A stretch of DNA of 64,000 nucleotides from Okamejei kenojei (Eukaryota). The notes beneath the pieces were generated by a model, which saw only the letters and a list, made by a program, of their open reading frames with translations, did no database searches and was not told the DNA's origin. The position numbers and the translations under genes were made by a program. The stretch spans positions 17,732,001 to 17,796,000 of the forward strand of contig CM069133.1 of assembly GCA_035221665.1 (NCBI GenBank), read 5' to 3'. Shown one piece after another: positions 62,674 to 64,000 of the stretch (its first letter is position 1; each line of letters begins with the position of its first letter).

Positions 62674-64000
62674 CTGTTGAAGAAGAAAACATCTTAAATA
62701 TTCAAACAAATTGCACAGAATTTCAAATAAATCCGTGAATCATGACTTTATTGCCCCAATTCAATTTTTTTAAATCATAATTTAAACAGATCTTAATATT
62801 AAGACAATCTTAGCATTAACAGACCCTTGTTGCCCATGCCGACCAAGATGCCCCATTTATACTAGTTTCCAACTGCCCATATTTGGTCCACATTCCTTTA
62901 TTCCCAAGTCTTTCCCAGCCATGTACCTGTCCAGATGTATTTTTAATGTTGTTACAATGTCTGCCTCAGGTACCTTCTCTGGCAGCTCGTACCACACACC
63001 CAACACCCTGTGTGAAAGTGTGGGTGTAGAGTGATGAAATGACTAGTCTACAGTGCAGTGTGACCTCAAACCAAACACCCAATAACAGTTAATAGGCCAA
63101 GCAATACAAACATTCAAAAATAACTCGTGTGTACACCTTAAACATTTGATTAGATGTAATTTTCTTTTAGTACACTACCAGTTAAGGGACCATAGTTTTA
63201 TTGTAAAAACTGAGAACTGCAGATATTGGTTTACAAAAGAAAAAAGACAGAATGCTGAAATAACTCAGCGGATCAGGCAGCATCTCTGAAGAGACAACAT
63301 TTTTGGACGGGCAACATTTTGGGTCAGTGCCCTTCCTCAGACTATTTTTGTAATCATGGTTTCATTGTTTGAGACTTGGTTTAATAAGCCACATTAGGAT
63401 TACAGGTTAACATTAATGAAAAACCATTGGAGGGGGTGCAAATTATTTGTATTATGCTCAAATTGCAAAGTTACACTACACTACAAGGAAGGGATTAACT
63501 GTTCTTGTTGCTTATTTTGAAGATGACCAAAAATGGGGCTTTACATTTTGAAAGGGCTCAAAGAATGGAGGATGTTTCCCCCGAGGAAAACCAGAGAACA
63601 TCAATATAAAATAGTCACACAAAAAGAAAAGAATGAATTACTTTACCAAGTGCAGAAAGAATATGAGCTCACCATCAGAGGGACTAAATAAAAACGGAAA
63701 TGTGCAAATGGAGGAAAAATTACTTTACTAATAGATAAAAACTGATGGGAAGAGCATTAGGACTACAAATAGGAGCATGAACTAGTTGGGCCTAATGGCC
63801 TATTTCTTATCTGCAAATACTACTAATTTTATATTATTTTTAAATTCAAACAATCTATGTTTAAATACATTTCCATCTGATATAACCATATCACTTTAAA
63901 ATATTAATCCATATAATCCATAAATACAATGCAATAAAAATAGAAGATAGACACAAAAAGCTGGAGTAACTCAGCAGGTCAGACAGCATCTCTGGAGAAA

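Overview
Repeat-dense vertebrate genomic DNA. The tRNA-derived SINE and CR1-type LINE complement looks like the HE1/HER1 families, so the source is probably a cartilaginous fish (skate, ray or shark); this is an inference. Two host genes lie on the minus strand. The last 13 coding exons of ZFYVE16 (endofin) span 62673 to 37873. A complete six-exon FAM151B spans 32603 to 1382 and encodes about 263 aa. The gene order matches mammals. The introns hold a near full-length L1 with an 18-bp TSD, a 5'-truncated L1 nested in a CR1, a Hero-clade retroelement flanked by a ~210-bp direct duplication, many CR1, Rex1 and HE1-like fragments, Penelope remnants with minimal hammerhead-ribozyme cores, and several non-autonomous DNA elements with 3-, 6- and 8-bp TSDs. 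The most notable oddities are: the very long duplication around the Hero element; a ribozyme-repeat fragment that replaces part of the L1 RT; a 48-bp templated insertion copied from 4.4 kb away; and spliceable exon pairs on the plus strand, antisense to FAM151B, that I cannot assign to a known gene. Repeat boundaries were read by eye and are approximate unless a TSD is quoted.
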